Part shown: in pieces, positions 29,901 to 39,750 of the stretch
Layout: each line of letters begins with the position of its first letter
Position numbering within the stretch: the stretch's first letter is position 1
Source of the DNA: a virus
DNA: 64,000 nt
Virus record (IMG/VR): IMGVR_UViG_3300029922_000031
Location: 41,075 to 105,074 of that record
Strand: one strand, 5' to 3'
Made by a program: the position numbers and the translations under genes
Notes under the pieces: model-generated
Told to the model about the DNA's origin: nothing
Database searches by the model: none
The model's input: the letters and a program-made list of their open reading frames with translations, nothing else

Positions 29901-31410
29901 CTTGAGCTTTGTTTGGGTCGGCGATCGCGATGACGTCGCCAGGCCGAACGTCGATATGATCCCAGGAAGCGGTATATTCGACGGTCTCGGTGGCGAATTG
30001 CTCGGTATCGAGCAGCCACTTTCCCATGCGGTTGGCCTGGCCACGGCTCGTGCAGCCAATCGCGGTCAGGTTCGTCTCGCGCCACCCATATTGAATGAGC
30101 TGCGGCTCGCTGACCACTACCTCGACGTCAGGCCCGTAGAACATGATCGGGTTGTTCCACCGGATCATTGCGACCGAATGCCGAGCCTTTAGAGCTGTGC
30201 CGCTGTAGTTGAAGTGCCCGTCGATGACGTTCGTCGGCGAGACCAGCTTAACGGGATCCATCGGCATATCGGCGATGGCGAAAACCTGGCCAATCGACCA
30301 GTAGGCCATGCCTCGGAAGCTCGACGTGATGTTCTGAAGAGCCTTGTAGGCTTCCTGGCGATTATTAAGCACACCATTGAAGGTGTAGCGCGGCTCCTGC
30401 CCGCCGTAGCCGTCAGAGACCAACTGATCGCAATATTGGGCGATCGAATAGAGCGACCACTTGTCAACTTTGGTGGCGTCGATGAACTCGCCGATACCGT
30501 AACGATCGTTCGTGAACAGGTCGTAGAGCACCCACGCCGGGTTGTTGGAATAGGCCATTTGGAATGTGCCATCCCAAACGCCGGTGTAGACTCGAGTTGT
30601 CGGATTATAGTTGCTCGGAACCTGAATGATCAGGCCCTGAATGTGAAACGACCGAGCTGGGATTGCGCTTGCGCTAAACAGCTCCGAATCGACGGTGAGA
30701 CCGACAACCGCCGAGTTCGGGTAGATGAAGTTGCCGGCGACGATCGTCGTGTAGGAATCCCACCACGTTTCGTTCTGCAAACGAACGTTATCGGAGTCTT
30801 TGGTGATCCGCCGAACGCGCAAATTGCAGGGCGTGCTGCCCGGTGGGATGTCGAAGACGCTCTGGTGCTGATAGGCGCTGGTGCATTTCTGATTGTTAAG
30901 GTTGACGGTGGCGGCGAGCGTCCAGTAGCCGCCATTAGGCTGAATTTCGACGACCCACGAAACACTGGTTGGATTTATGTTGCCACTGCTGTCCGTCGAC
31001 GTGAGCGCCGGCACGCGAACAATCACCTGAGCGGAAGTGACGTCCGGGTCGACAATCGTCACCGCCGAAGGCGAGATGTTTTCCTGAACTTGAATGCCGA
31101 CCGCGATGACGTTCTCCGCGGTCGAATTGCCGGGCAGGGCCGGCTGGTCGGGCAATCCCACGCGGCTTTCCCACTGCACACCGCGAAAGTTCACGGTGCC
31201 ATTGGCATTCACCACCGGCGTTTGGTTGAAATAGATCGAGGTCCCGCCGTTGACGAGACCCGCGATCTGACCCTCGCCGATCAGCTCGACGATGCGTGCA
31301 AAGGCGGCCGAGCGAAGCGTATTGTCCGCCTCGACGCCTTGCCCGCCGCCTTTGATAAAGCCGCTGAGAGAGGAGGTCTTTGAGCCCCGAATGGGAAGAG
31401 GAAAATCCAT
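26944..31410 (-). CDS. Tip attachment protein J (central tail fibre) with FN3-like domains
   Basis: ELIGEGQIAGLV, YSNNPAWVLYD, IAQYCDQLV.DG.GG.EPRY, GCTSRGQA.R.GKW; C-terminal ITAxQIAAG repeats. Confidence 0.93.
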   Translation of the reverse strand: MDFPLPIRGSKTSSLSGFIKGGGQGVEADNTLRSAAFARIVELIGEGQIAGLVNGGTSIYFNQTPVVNANGTVNFRGVQWESRVGLPDQPALPGNSTAENVIAVGIQVQENISPSAVTIVDPDVTSAQVIVRVPALTSTDSSGNINPTSVSWVVEIQPNGGYWTLAATVNLNNQKCTSAYQHQSVFDIPPGSTPCNLRVRRITKDSDNVRLQNETWWDSYTTIVAGNFIYPNSAVVGLTVDSELFSASAIPARSFHIQGLIIQVPSNYNPTTRVYTGVWDGTFQMAYSNNPAWVLYDLFTNDRYGIGEFIDATKVDKWSLYSIAQYCDQLVSDGYGGQEPRYTFNGVLNNRQEAYKALQNITSSFRGMAYWSIGQVFAIADMPMDPVKLVSPTNVIDGHFNYSGTALKARHSVAMIRWNNPIMFYGPDVEVVVSEPQLIQYGWRETNLTAIGCTSRGQANRMGKWLLDTEQFATETVEYTASWDHIDVRPGDVIAIADPNKAQVRLGGRIQVITSQSVLTLDQPFVPVLGQTYALMVEFPDGTIGSQTIASFSTDNQTVTLESALAQAPLIGAMWVITSTELAPRQYRVISIAETEKNLFKITALFYDPTKYDRVEGNLNLATIQYSRPQSTINPPANFQVQESVYFQNGVAANRLTFSWSPSDDFLAQSYLVTGISPNIGGTTTIGQTNVSSLDADGIQLGQWTFNIQSVGFDGRVSTDVSIDYNVQGWAATPPPYVSMLEVFDSGNSANFSGKDCHVTWENNFPGSTSDVGQSTAGVGSVNPFFLCNSVSILDATTGTVLRTETVYTSDYVYTFDKNTADNVAFNRGPQRAFSVSVVVQDTLGRQSPAVTLAVDNPVPDVIFPTVTSGAQAMYVTYVNPSDADFVGSFVWASTDQNFDPLATTPVYQGSNNLVAIPGDLGTTYYIRIAGYDQFGTDNLNISPPFAVTVGGYTPNVTPPDIPTSLALSTSNLTLTTGEVQQVLTATWDASPSSNFAYFDVEIQDGAGSFISYQTSLDIFSWPNLVSGHTYTVKVRAWSQTAYASAFCASISIAMPAKTTGPGAITELAVAASLKSVYLQWVNPSDADLDHLEIWFGTTGVLGAAVLAGTSYGTAFTQAGLTTGVELYYWVRAVNTSGVAGAYAGPVSVTPGAVANGDIVAGSITADRLVAGSITGDLLNITTSLPPTITIGTTGVEIGDPAALINYNNTTQIAAGLIEIDGSTTLASWQNGSDATKIDGGSIAANTIAANLLTIGLRGVTITGFTFAFNIGTSVFSWTAGTIQYLDDAGDNVTVTVAAGSLTYTGTPIYVWWEKDATTLSNDIAASSSADVINFASYTPLAGMIVSYGQTVVDGSNIVTGSIKAAQIAAASITADQIAAGTITATQIQAGAITADRLTAGTITATQIAANSITAALIAAGSITATQIAAGTITATQIAANSITAAQLDVTTLSAISADIGAVTAGTIQSTDGKMIIDLDGGAIYFNA

Positions 31411-32129
31411 TAGGTGTTACCGGAAGGCTGAGTGTATTCGGACGGACTGCCGGTGACGATGCCCTGCCCTGTTTCTGGATCATAGGTGTCGATGTTCGTG
31501 TTGCCGTCGGTCGGATTCCAATTGACGGGAATGTTCTCGATGTCGAGCGCGCCGGAGATAAGCTGCGAGCCGCAGATAACCTCGCCGTAGATCAACGGCA
31601 CAGGATTACCCTGCGCATAAGAGTTGTCGGGACCGGCGAGCGTGAACGAAGCCTGCTCATTCGGGTTCTGCTGCTTTGGCGCCAAAAGGGTCGCAACGCC
31701 AGCGAGTGTCAGCGCTAAGCCGACCATCGCCACGTTGCCGTAGCTAAACGCGCCCATGAGGCCAGCGCCGAGTGGCGCAGCGAGAGCGCCGCCCGACATG
31801 AATAATGCCGTACCGATCAGAGCGACGCCAAGAATTGTCTTCAGCGCGCCGCCGGCGGTAGAATTCTTCGAGCCAGCGATGTGCGGAACGATATGAAGAT
31901 CCGCCTGACCGAGTTTGAAGTCGTTCAGTTCGCCTTCATCGAGATACATCCCGTCATCGTTAGGATCGCCGCGCACGATCTCGAACGAACCTTCCCGCAG
32001 CTCCTCAAGGAAGCCCGTCAGATTGGCGTGGAGCGCGCGAATAGCTTCGCCGGCAGTCGCGACGTTCAGGCGGAATACGTCGCCGAATTTGTCGCCAAGC
32101 CGGCCGTGAAGCCAGATGTTACGAAGCAC
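31410..32129 (-). CDS. Lambda gpI-like tail assembly protein
   Basis: IWLHGRLG..FG, EAIRAL, HIVP..AG, GNPVPLIYGE..CGS.LIS. Confidence 0.9.
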   Translation of the reverse strand: MLRNIWLHGRLGDKFGDVFRLNVATAGEAIRALHANLTGFLEELREGSFEIVRGDPNDDGMYLDEGELNDFKLGQADLHIVPHIAGSKNSTAGGALKTILGVALIGTALFMSGGALAAPLGAGLMGAFSYGNVAMVGLALTLAGVATLLAPKQQNPNEQASFTLAGPDNSYAQGNPVPLIYGEVICGSQLISGALDIENIPVNWNPTDGNTNIDTYDPETGQGIVTGSPSEYTQPSGNT

Positions 32130-32898
32130 CGCTAGTCCCCTTGTAACGAACCCAAATCTCCGCGGCGCGCGCCCAGATACCGGCGGGTGTTCGATGCGAG
32201 AGGCGACCGGGAAGATGATGAATGATTGTGCCGTCTGAAGTCAGAATGCCGCAATGGTTGAGAGTCAGGCTCCGAATCTTCATGAGGAAGGCATCGCCCG
32301 GCTTCGCCTCCTCGCGCGGGATTTCGACGAAACCAGCCTTCTTGAAGTTGTCGACGTAGAGGGTCTGACCGAGCTTCTTCGTGTCGCCCCACCAGCCGTC
32401 AGCGCGAGGAAACTCAGGGAGAATGATTGACTCGAGCGGCCAGAGAACGCTCTGTTGAGCAAGCTTCTCTTTTCCCAAGCCGTATGTGTCGCGCGCAAGC
32501 GAGTAGCAGTCGCGAATCCCGTGCATGAACGAGCGTCCGAGAATCGGGGCGATCTCAGCGTTCCCGCCCCAAATCTCAGGTGTCGAGGTGATCTCCCCAT
32601 CCGTCGCAATGAGAACCCACGGCACGCCCGTCGCAAGCTGCCCAATCATGTCGCTATCGGTCGGAAATAGCGGGCCGCCGGGGTGCGAATGCACAACTGC
32701 TTCGATCTTCTTGCCATCGGTCTTCAGCTTGACCTGAAGCGCCGCGGCGATCGTGAAGTCTTTGTTTGGGTCGGTCGCGTAGTTGAAGCACGGCAGATAA
32801 TCGCCGTCGACGATCAGCCCGCAAGCCTCCTTCGGGAAGTCCCGGATCGTGTGCGCCTTAATATCGCTGATGTTCTTGGCCGTCAGGATAAAGGTCAT
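32119..32898 (-). CDS. Lambda gpK-like tail protein (JAB/MPN + NlpC/P60)
   Basis: PKEACGL, VVHSHP...PT..D, DCYSL.RD, NHCGI...IHH. Confidence 0.92.
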   Translation of the reverse strand: MTFILTAKNISDIKAHTIRDFPKEACGLIVDGDYLPCFNYATDPNKDFTIAAALQVKLKTDGKKIEAVVHSHPGGPLFPTDSDMIGQLATGVPWVLIATDGEITSTPEIWGGNAEIAPILGRSFMHGIRDCYSLARDTYGLGKEKLAQQSVLWPLESIILPEFPRADGWWGDTKKLGQTLYVDNFKKAGFVEIPREEAKPGDAFLMKIRSLTLNHCGILTSDGTIIHHLPGRLSHRTPAGIWARAAEIWVRYKGTSGAS

Positions 32899-33602
32899 TG
32901 GAACCTCGCAACGCCGGCAAAGCCACCATAGGGTAGATCGCCGGTAGCGCCGAAGCGAAGCTTGCAGCTCGAGACCATGCGGCCGCAGCCGTCCTGAGTC
33001 GGATCAGTGCTTGCCGCGTCCTGTGCGGTCATGATCGCCCCAGTGTAGGGGCACTGAGCCTTGGTGTAGTCGAAGGCGCCCGTGGTCATGTTCCAGACTC
33101 GGTATCGCCAGGTGCAGGTGTCGCGGATAACCATGCGCTTGGGAATCATCGCGCCTTGATTGTCGAGAGAAGAGGATAATTCCCACTCGATGAAGATTGG
33201 GTTCTCGCTCGATTTCCGCTCAACGAGAAAGATGTCTGGACCAAAAAGCGCGGTCGGATCTGCTTCCGCGGCGCCATCGAGATACTGAGCGAAGGTGCGA
33301 ATGCGAGTCAGCGTGCAACCAACGAGGTCGCCGAAGGTGTTCAGCATCGCCTGAAAAATGCCGTTCGAGTTCGAGACCTTAATTTTTGGGGTCGGCAAGC
33401 CGCCCGAGCCGCTCATCTCGAAGCCCGAATAGCTGACGTCGGTCGGCGTGTAGTAGACGCCATTGAAAGTCACGCCGAGATTGTTCTGAGCGGCCGCGCA
33501 GAAGCTCTGAATGGGGCCGCCGATCGAGCTCGTATCCAACTGAAACATGGTCACGAGTTCGCCAGGTGTCGGACTCTGAACATTTTCGGTTAGATTGGTC
33601 AT
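32895..33602 (-). CDS. Lambda gpL-like minor tail protein
   Basis: RIRTFAQYLD, IEWELSS, CTWRYR...CPY...C....SCKLRFG, YGGFAG. Confidence 0.92.
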   Translation of the reverse strand: MTNLTENVQSPTPGELVTMFQLDTSSIGGPIQSFCAAAQNNLGVTFNGVYYTPTDVSYSGFEMSGSGGLPTPKIKVSNSNGIFQAMLNTFGDLVGCTLTRIRTFAQYLDGAAEADPTALFGPDIFLVERKSSENPIFIEWELSSSLDNQGAMIPKRMVIRDTCTWRYRVWNMTTGAFDYTKAQCPYTGAIMTAQDAASTDPTQDGCGRMVSSCKLRFGATGDLPYGGFAGVARFQ

Positions 33603-33645
33603 CTCACATCTCTGCTCCTATTCACATGATAAGTCAATTTTGACT

Positions 33646-34002
33646 TCATGTTAAGGTGCTAAAATTCTGCGTTAGAGTTGCGTTGATTGTTCGTAGACCA
33701 CCCTGCCCTCGCTTGACGGACCAATCTTCGCAGGTCCATTTGGTCGGCGCGAGATCATCGGAGACCGTATAGTAAAACGGCACGTCGCCGCCCTGATCGC
33801 TGAAGAAGGTGTCGATCACGACGGCCTGATCGAGGGTCAGCGTCTCCCAGGTCAGCGTCAGCGAGTTCTTGATCCAGTTCACGCCGTCGCGCGTAGCCTG
33901 CGAATATCCGTCACCGAAGTCTGCCTTGAGCAGCTTCGGCTTACGCTTGATGTCAGTTCCCGGCGAGGGTGGCGGATCAGGGTTGAAAGTATTTAGGGTC
34001 AT
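33646..34002 (-). CDS. Lambda gpM-like minor tail protein
   Basis: ADFGDGYSQ...DG.N, F..QGG..PF.Y, W.C..W. Confidence 0.9.
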   Translation of the reverse strand: MTLNTFNPDPPPSPGTDIKRKPKLLKADFGDGYSQATRDGVNWIKNSLTLTWETLTLDQAVVIDTFFSDQGGDVPFYYTVSDDLAPTKWTCEDWSVKRGQGGLRTINATLTQNFSTLT

Positions 34003-34011
34003 CTTGGTCTC

Positions 34012-37000
34012 TTAGCCGAACAGAAGATTACCGGGACGCATTTGTTGCCGCAATTCATCCACTACCGTAGAACGTGCAATGCGCTCGACGTGCGCGCCAA
34101 CCTGTGCAGCCAGGTCCGCATTGTCCTCGGGGCGGCCGCCGTTCGCATTCACGATCACGTTATTGTGGAGCGTGACCTGATTGTTGCTGCGGCCCAGCGC
34201 CTTCATCTGCTCCTGCGTGAACACGCCCTCGTTCTTCTTGGCGATGATCGGCACCTCGTCGACGCCGACGATGCCGCCGCTGTGAAAGCGCGGCGCATTG
34301 GCGAACGGGCTGCCGCTGCTCATCAGACTGGCGAGCGACATATAGCGCATCCCTGACGCGCCGCCGACGATGCCGCCCGTGTGGTGAGTCGCGACGCCGA
34401 ATAGCGTCGTGAGCTTGCTGCCGCCACCGCCGCCACCCATCTTGCTGCCGCCGCCGACGGCGCCGGCGAGCTGCATCGGTGCGCCTTTGCTGCCGCCGCC
34501 ACCGCCCAGCAGTGATCCCATGCCGCCCAAGAGACCGCTCGCGGCCCCTTTCATAGCGATCTCAAGCAGGTCTTTCTCGATCGAGGCCGCAAACGAGGCC
34601 CAGTTCGCCTTACCGGTCATGATCTGGGTCGCCAGATTGTCGACAGCCGAGTTCATGAAGCTCGACGTCGCCTGTTGCAGATTCTTGGTCGAGTCTGCCC
34701 AATCCTGCATCTGCTTGGCGAATGGCGTCTTGGCCTGCATCGCAGCCCAATCAGCCGCGAGCGCGGCGTTGAACTGCTTGGAGATGACTGCCTTCTGCTC
34801 TTCGGTGCCCGTGAAGTTGGCGAGGTCGCGCTGATATTCCTGAGCTAGCGCATTGTATTTGGCGACGTCAGCCTGCTCCTGCGACATCGTCGACTCACGA
34901 TAGGTCTCGGTCTTCTTCTGAGCGGCCTCGGCCGCCTTCATGATGTCCTGATCTTGCTGAAGAGCGGAGTTCTGATCCGCCTCGCTCTGCGCCTGAGCAG
35001 CCTGCGGCGAGCCGGCGCCATATGCCGTCACGGCCTTCGAAACGTTGCGCTGACCCTCTTCGCGCACCTTTAGGAGCGCATCCGAAGCGCCATCCGCGCC
35101 GTGAGCGAGCTTCGTGAAGTCGTTGGCCAGCGCCTCGCGTCCTTCAACGAGCTTCTGCGCCGAGGCTTTCGCGGCCGTTTCAGCATCGGTGATCGCGGTC
35201 TTAAAGGCGTCGGCCTGCTTCTTGGCTTCGTCGGCCGCGCTGGCGGCATCCTTGAACGGCTGATAGCGCGGGTCGTCAGAGTTGTTGGTGCCAAATGAGG
35301 TCTTTTGACCGTTCTCTTTGATCCAGGCGATCAGCTTGGAGAGCTCGGTGCCGCTACCTTCCGCCTCGAGCGACTTGACGTCGCCCATCTTCGAGAATTT
35401 GTCGAACAATTCCATCAACGCCTTATTAGCGTTGGCCTGTTCAACCTGCGGCTGTAAAGTCCTAGCAGTTTCGGCGAGCCGATCGTTCTTCTGCGTCTCA
35501 CTTTCGGGAGCGTTCACCACCGAACGGTTGGCGGCGATCTGCTTCACTAGAGCATCTATCTGGGCGACGCTCATGCCGGCGCGACCCATCTCGCCGCCAG
35601 AATCGGCGAAGGCGCCGGTCTTGCCCATGTCGAGATGAAGATGCGAGTCCGAAACGCCGACGCGGGTGAAGCCCGCTTCGATCGCCTTGGTGACGAGATC
35701 GATGTATTGCGCGCCGGACATGCTGTTGTTGGCGGCGATGTCGACCGCCTCGCCCTTGTAATGCTCCGAGTCCTTCGCGTGATCGCCCTGTGTCGTTGAG
35801 GTGATCGTGAACGCGCCGGCCATCTGCTCCAGCGCATGCAAGGCGCTCTTGACGTCGTCCTGAAGCGGATCACTTGGGCTGGTCTTAGCAGAGAACGGAC
35901 CCGCATTGCCGAAGTTGATGCCTTGCGCCCAGTCAGTGGGCGGAGGGCCGCTAGGCGCGGTAGCGCGCGGCCCGGCCATGATCGAGCCGTTCAGTAGCGA
36001 GGCGGCCGGCTGATTAAACAAGCCGCTCTTCGCCGTACCATTGACGATGCTTAGAAGCGCGCTAGACGTGCCGTTAAGCGCATCGTTGACCGTCGTGATG
36101 TTCTGAGCCAGCGTGACGCCGAAGCTGTCCTGAAGCGCCTTGCCGGCGTCTACCGCGGCCTTTTGCGCCTTATCGAGCTCTTCGCGCATCGCAACCAGTC
36201 GAAGTTGATCGGGCGTCGTGCCGCCCTGGCCGGGATATTCGCCGCGGGCCTTCCTCGCCATAATCTGTTCGTAGCCGCTCAACTTGCCATAGAGATCGTC
36301 GAAGATCGTGTTGTTATCCTTATCGATTAAATCCGTCAGATCTTTTTCGAGCTTGTGACCACCAGAGATAATATTCTCGTAGTCGTCGGCCTGCGTCTTC
36401 AATTCCTTCATCTGCACGATCGCCTCGGCGACCATCCCGACATGACTGTCGCCGGCCTTACCCAACCGCAGCCAGGTCTGATAGAGCTGCTCGGCCGACG
36501 CATCCGCCCCTTCGATCCCAGCCTTGTAGCCGTCGATCGAGGCGTAGAGCTTCTGGATCTCCTCGCTGGCTTTCTCCATCAGCTTGTCGTCAGGTAGCAC
36601 CTTCTTGTTGAGCTGGAAGCCCATCGGCTGCTTGGCGTACTCATCGCGCTGCGTCTTCAGCGCCTGTTCACGCTCCTCCAAATTGAGAATGAATGAATCC
36701 GCAGCCATCTGGTCGGAGGGCGACGTTGACGTCTTGCGGACCTCTTCGGCCTTCGCCTTGTATTCTTCAAGCTTGGCGATCTCGGAATCGTAATCGCTCA
36801 TGACGCGATCGCGCTGAGCAGTCTGATAATCAGCAGTCGCCAGCGCCGCCGATTGGTGAGCATTGTTGATGATCTTCAATTGCGCGTCGAAGGCTTTTGC
36901 GGCTGCATCCGATGATTGATTATAGAGCAGCTTGATCTTCTGAATATCTGCGTCAACTAGCTGCATAGCCTTCGCGCTGATGCGCTGAGCGTCATTGCCA

Positions 37001-38889
37001 AGCCCTTCGAGCTGCCATTCGCCGGCCTTGCGCTCGAGATCAGCAAGTTCCTTCCGCTTCGCTTCCAGCTCTGGGTCAGCCGAGGCGTGGGCGGCGTTCG
37101 CATTGCCGAGAATGCCTTCAGCGGCTAGGCGGGAGGCGCGATCGGCCTCCATGACACGAAGCTCCTCGCGCTTGACGTTCAAGAATGCATTGGCGCCGTC
37201 TGCGGCTTCCTTCGACGCCGCGCCGTAGTGCTCGAGATTCTGCCACCCCTCGCGCGCGCGCGAGTTGAATATATCGAAATAATCACTGAGAAAACCAATG
37301 ACCGGTAGCGCGACCATTGCCGCTACGCTGAAAGCGCTCAAACCTTCGACGAGCAACGGCATGAAGGCGCCGGCGATCTTCCCGTTGCGACCAAGAACAC
37401 TAGCCGACGCCGCCATTTCGCCGGCGCCCGAGGCAGCGGTCGCCTCCTTGAGCGCGGCTTGAGCAGCAAGCGATTCCTGTTCGGCGCGGGTCGCAGCCGC
37501 AACAGCAGCAGCAGCGACCTCCGCCTTGGCGGCCGCTTGCTCGGTCGTCATTAAAGCTCGGCTAGCCATGCTTTCGGCTAGGGCTGCCAGTCGGGTCGCC
37601 TCCGCCGCAGTCGCCGCGGCCTCGGCAGACGTTGCGGAAGCCACATCGGCCGTTGCGGCAGCGGCCGCCTGCGAGGCATAGAGCTTCTGCATACCGGCCC
37701 ACTGCGTCTGCGGCTTGGTCGCCGAGACCGTGGCCATGCCGGTCGCGATCTGCACCTGCATCGTCTTCATCAGCGTCATGACGCCGGTGATCGACGAAGC
37801 AAAGGTGGTGAAGATGCCGCGAACCACCGAAATACCGAAGGCGATCGCTAGGGCTTCGCCAGCCGCCTCGATCTCCGTGTGAAACTTAGCGACGAGTTCG
37901 ATACCCTCGCGCAGATCAAGAACGACGGAGGTCAGGGCCGAGCCCAGCTCATTGCCAAGGCCCTGCGCGATCCCGTGGCCGCCTGCGCCGCCAGCGAGGA
38001 ACTCGTTGAAGTCCTTCATCTGTTGCTTGACGGTCTCGTAGAAGCCGTCGGCGTTCGGGAGACCGTCCGCACCGAGCGGCTTACCGACGCTCTGAATGGC
38101 GATGTCCTGGAGCAGTACCTTCATGCGGCCGATTTGACCGTTAAAGGTCTCCATCTGTCGTTGAGCGGCGCCGCCGAAGGCGCGCTCGAACTCTAGCTGG
38201 AGGGCCTGGATGGTCGATTTGGCGTCGACGGTGCCGGTGTGAATGTCCGTCATCATCTCGCCGTAGGACTCGCCGACCGAACGAGCCATCAAGCGAGCGG
38301 CGCTAGGCACCGCCATCATCAACTGATTGCGCAGTTCCTTCATCTGCACAACGCCCTTGCCGGCCATTTCCTGAAAGGCCAGGGCGGCGCGACCAAGCTC
38401 GGCATCGCCGCCGCCGAACGCTGCCACCGCGTCAAGCAGCGACTGCATCGTGCCCTTCATAGGCTCGAGGCCGGCGGCGTTCAGTCGAACGAAAGCGTCA
38501 TGGATCGCGTTCAGCGAGAACGGCGCATCCTTGGCCATTTCGCGGAGCTTGGTGACGGAGGTCGTCGCCTCCTTGAGAGGATCCTGCGCCGTCGAGAGCG
38601 AGCGCATGATCGTAACCATGCGCTCGAACTCGGCGTTGACCCCGACGATCTGGCGAACCCAAGACGTGCTGACGGAGTCGATCATCCCCATCGCCTGATG
38701 AGTCAGACCGAGAACGACGGTTACGTCTCGAAGCGTGGAAAGAAGGCTCTTGGAATTGCCCTCCAGAACTTTGATCGTGCTGCCGGCAGTCTTCGTCTTG
38801 GACTCGAAGACGTCAACGGCTTGTCCCGCCTGCGTAAGCTTGGACGTGAAGTCGTTGTCGTCTAGGTCGAGTTCAAAACTAAGGGCCAT
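34012..38889 (-). CDS. Tape measure protein with internal M15-like peptidase domain
   Basis: 1625 aa Ala-rich helical protein; tape-measure N-domain (QEMAGKG.VQMKELRNQL); C-terminal RFHSGG..G.DEVPIIA..NEGV. Confidence 0.93.
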   Translation of the reverse strand: MALSFELDLDDNDFTSKLTQAGQAVDVFESKTKTAGSTIKVLEGNSKSLLSTLRDVTVVLGLTHQAMGMIDSVSTSWVRQIVGVNAEFERMVTIMRSLSTAQDPLKEATTSVTKLREMAKDAPFSLNAIHDAFVRLNAAGLEPMKGTMQSLLDAVAAFGGGDAELGRAALAFQEMAGKGVVQMKELRNQLMMAVPSAARLMARSVGESYGEMMTDIHTGTVDAKSTIQALQLEFERAFGGAAQRQMETFNGQIGRMKVLLQDIAIQSVGKPLGADGLPNADGFYETVKQQMKDFNEFLAGGAGGHGIAQGLGNELGSALTSVVLDLREGIELVAKFHTEIEAAGEALAIAFGISVVRGIFTTFASSITGVMTLMKTMQVQIATGMATVSATKPQTQWAGMQKLYASQAAAAATADVASATSAEAAATAAEATRLAALAESMASRALMTTEQAAAKAEVAAAAVAAATRAEQESLAAQAALKEATAASGAGEMAASASVLGRNGKIAGAFMPLLVEGLSAFSVAAMVALPVIGFLSDYFDIFNSRAREGWQNLEHYGAASKEAADGANAFLNVKREELRVMEADRASRLAAEGILGNANAAHASADPELEAKRKELADLERKAGEWQLEGLGNDAQRISAKAMQLVDADIQKIKLLYNQSSDAAAKAFDAQLKIINNAHQSAALATADYQTAQRDRVMSDYDSEIAKLEEYKAKAEEVRKTSTSPSDQMAADSFILNLEEREQALKTQRDEYAKQPMGFQLNKKVLPDDKLMEKASEEIQKLYASIDGYKAGIEGADASAEQLYQTWLRLGKAGDSHVGMVAEAIVQMKELKTQADDYENIISGGHKLEKDLTDLIDKDNNTIFDDLYGKLSGYEQIMARKARGEYPGQGGTTPDQLRLVAMREELDKAQKAAVDAGKALQDSFGVTLAQNITTVNDALNGTSSALLSIVNGTAKSGLFNQPAASLLNGSIMAGPRATAPSGPPPTDWAQGINFGNAGPFSAKTSPSDPLQDDVKSALHALEQMAGAFTITSTTQGDHAKDSEHYKGEAVDIAANNSMSGAQYIDLVTKAIEAGFTRVGVSDSHLHLDMGKTGAFADSGGEMGRAGMSVAQIDALVKQIAANRSVVNAPESETQKNDRLAETARTLQPQVEQANANKALMELFDKFSKMGDVKSLEAEGSGTELSKLIAWIKENGQKTSFGTNNSDDPRYQPFKDAASAADEAKKQADAFKTAITDAETAAKASAQKLVEGREALANDFTKLAHGADGASDALLKVREEGQRNVSKAVTAYGAGSPQAAQAQSEADQNSALQQDQDIMKAAEAAQKKTETYRESTMSQEQADVAKYNALAQEYQRDLANFTGTEEQKAVISKQFNAALAADWAAMQAKTPFAKQMQDWADSTKNLQQATSSFMNSAVDNLATQIMTGKANWASFAASIEKDLLEIAMKGAASGLLGGMGSLLGGGGGSKGAPMQLAGAVGGGSKMGGGGGGSKLTTLFGVATHHTGGIVGGASGMRYMSLASLMSSGSPFANAPRFHSGGIVGVDEVPIIAKKNEGVFTQEQMKALGRSNNQVTLHNNVIVNANGGRPEDNADLAAQVGAHVERIARSTVVDELRQQMRPGNLLFG

Positions 38890-38904
38890 AACACGTCACC
38901 AGTC

Positions 38905-39315
38905 TCAAGCGTTCGAACCAACCGCCCTCATCGCCTTCAAAGCGGCGAGACCGGCACGATCGAGTTCTGAGACCATGGCCTCTGCCGCTCGGTCGATTTT
39001 AACCACCTCACCCATCTGATCGCGAAGAACGGTCATATACTGGCCGAATCCCTCGCCGGACTGCATCGAAGCCCCGATTTGGGCTGTTCTGATCGACTCC
39101 TCTGCCGCGAGACGATCGGTGTTTCGATGCAGAAGCCAGAACCGAGCAATCGGGAGAGAAAGTGTTTCCTGATCGCTCAGTCCGTAGAACCGCATAACGC
39201 GACAGAACAGAAATCCGAAGTCTATTTCGGAGACGAAATCGGCTGAACCGCCACTCGTTCGATCAGCGTTGCCAGAGCGGGGTCGACCACCGGCGGCGCG
39301 GCCGCCGGGACGGCC
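38905..39315 (-). CDS. Tail assembly chaperone T segment (C-terminal part of the G-T frameshift product)
   Basis: The -1 frame is open from the slippery site at 39321-39315 through IDFGFLFCRVMRFYG to the stop at 38905. Confidence 0.7.
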   Translation of the reverse strand, partial: GRPGGRAAGGRPRSGNADRTSGGSADFVSEIDFGFLFCRVMRFYGLSDQETLSLPIARFWLLHRNTDRLAAEESIRTAQIGASMQSGEGFGQYMTVLRDQMGEVVKIDRAAEAMVSELDRAGLAALKAMRAVGSNA

Positions 39316-39665
39316 AAAGGGTGCGATGCAGCTTCGGCCTCGACCTCCTCGTCGGCCGTCTTTTCGCCGTTGTGCGAGCGCGCGAATTCCAGAATCTTGT
39401 TGAGCTTGACGAGCGGCATATCCTTGAGCATGTCAGCCGTCAGAGTCTTGAACGACCGCGTGATCATGTTGATGATCACGTTGGCTTCCGCCTCCATGTC
39501 GCCGGAGCCGGCGCGCAGCTCCTGCATCATCTTGGTGTTGGCGATCCAATCGCGCAGCGTGATCGGGGTCAGTTTGTGCTCGATCTGGTCGAGCTTGATG
39601 ACAATGTTGTCCACTTCGACGTCGACTTCGTCGAGGTTGAGAAATTTCGTTTCCTTGCCGGCCAT
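39222..39665 (-). CDS. Tail assembly chaperone G
   Basis: Lies between the tail tube and tape measure genes; carries in-frame C CCT TTG heptamer. Confidence 0.8.
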   Translation of the reverse strand: MAGKETKFLNLDEVDVEVDNIVIKLDQIEHKLTPITLRDWIANTKMMQELRAGSGDMEAEANVIINMITRSFKTLTADMLKDMPLVKLNKILEFARSHNGEKTADEEVEAEAASHPLAVPAAAPPVVDPALATLIERVAVQPISSPK

Positions 39666-39750
39666 GTGTCTTCTTGTCCCTTAATGCAAAACTGGCGCAC
39701 CTTGCGATGCGCCAGTCAATATTGACTTACTCCGAGTCGAAAGACAAGGA

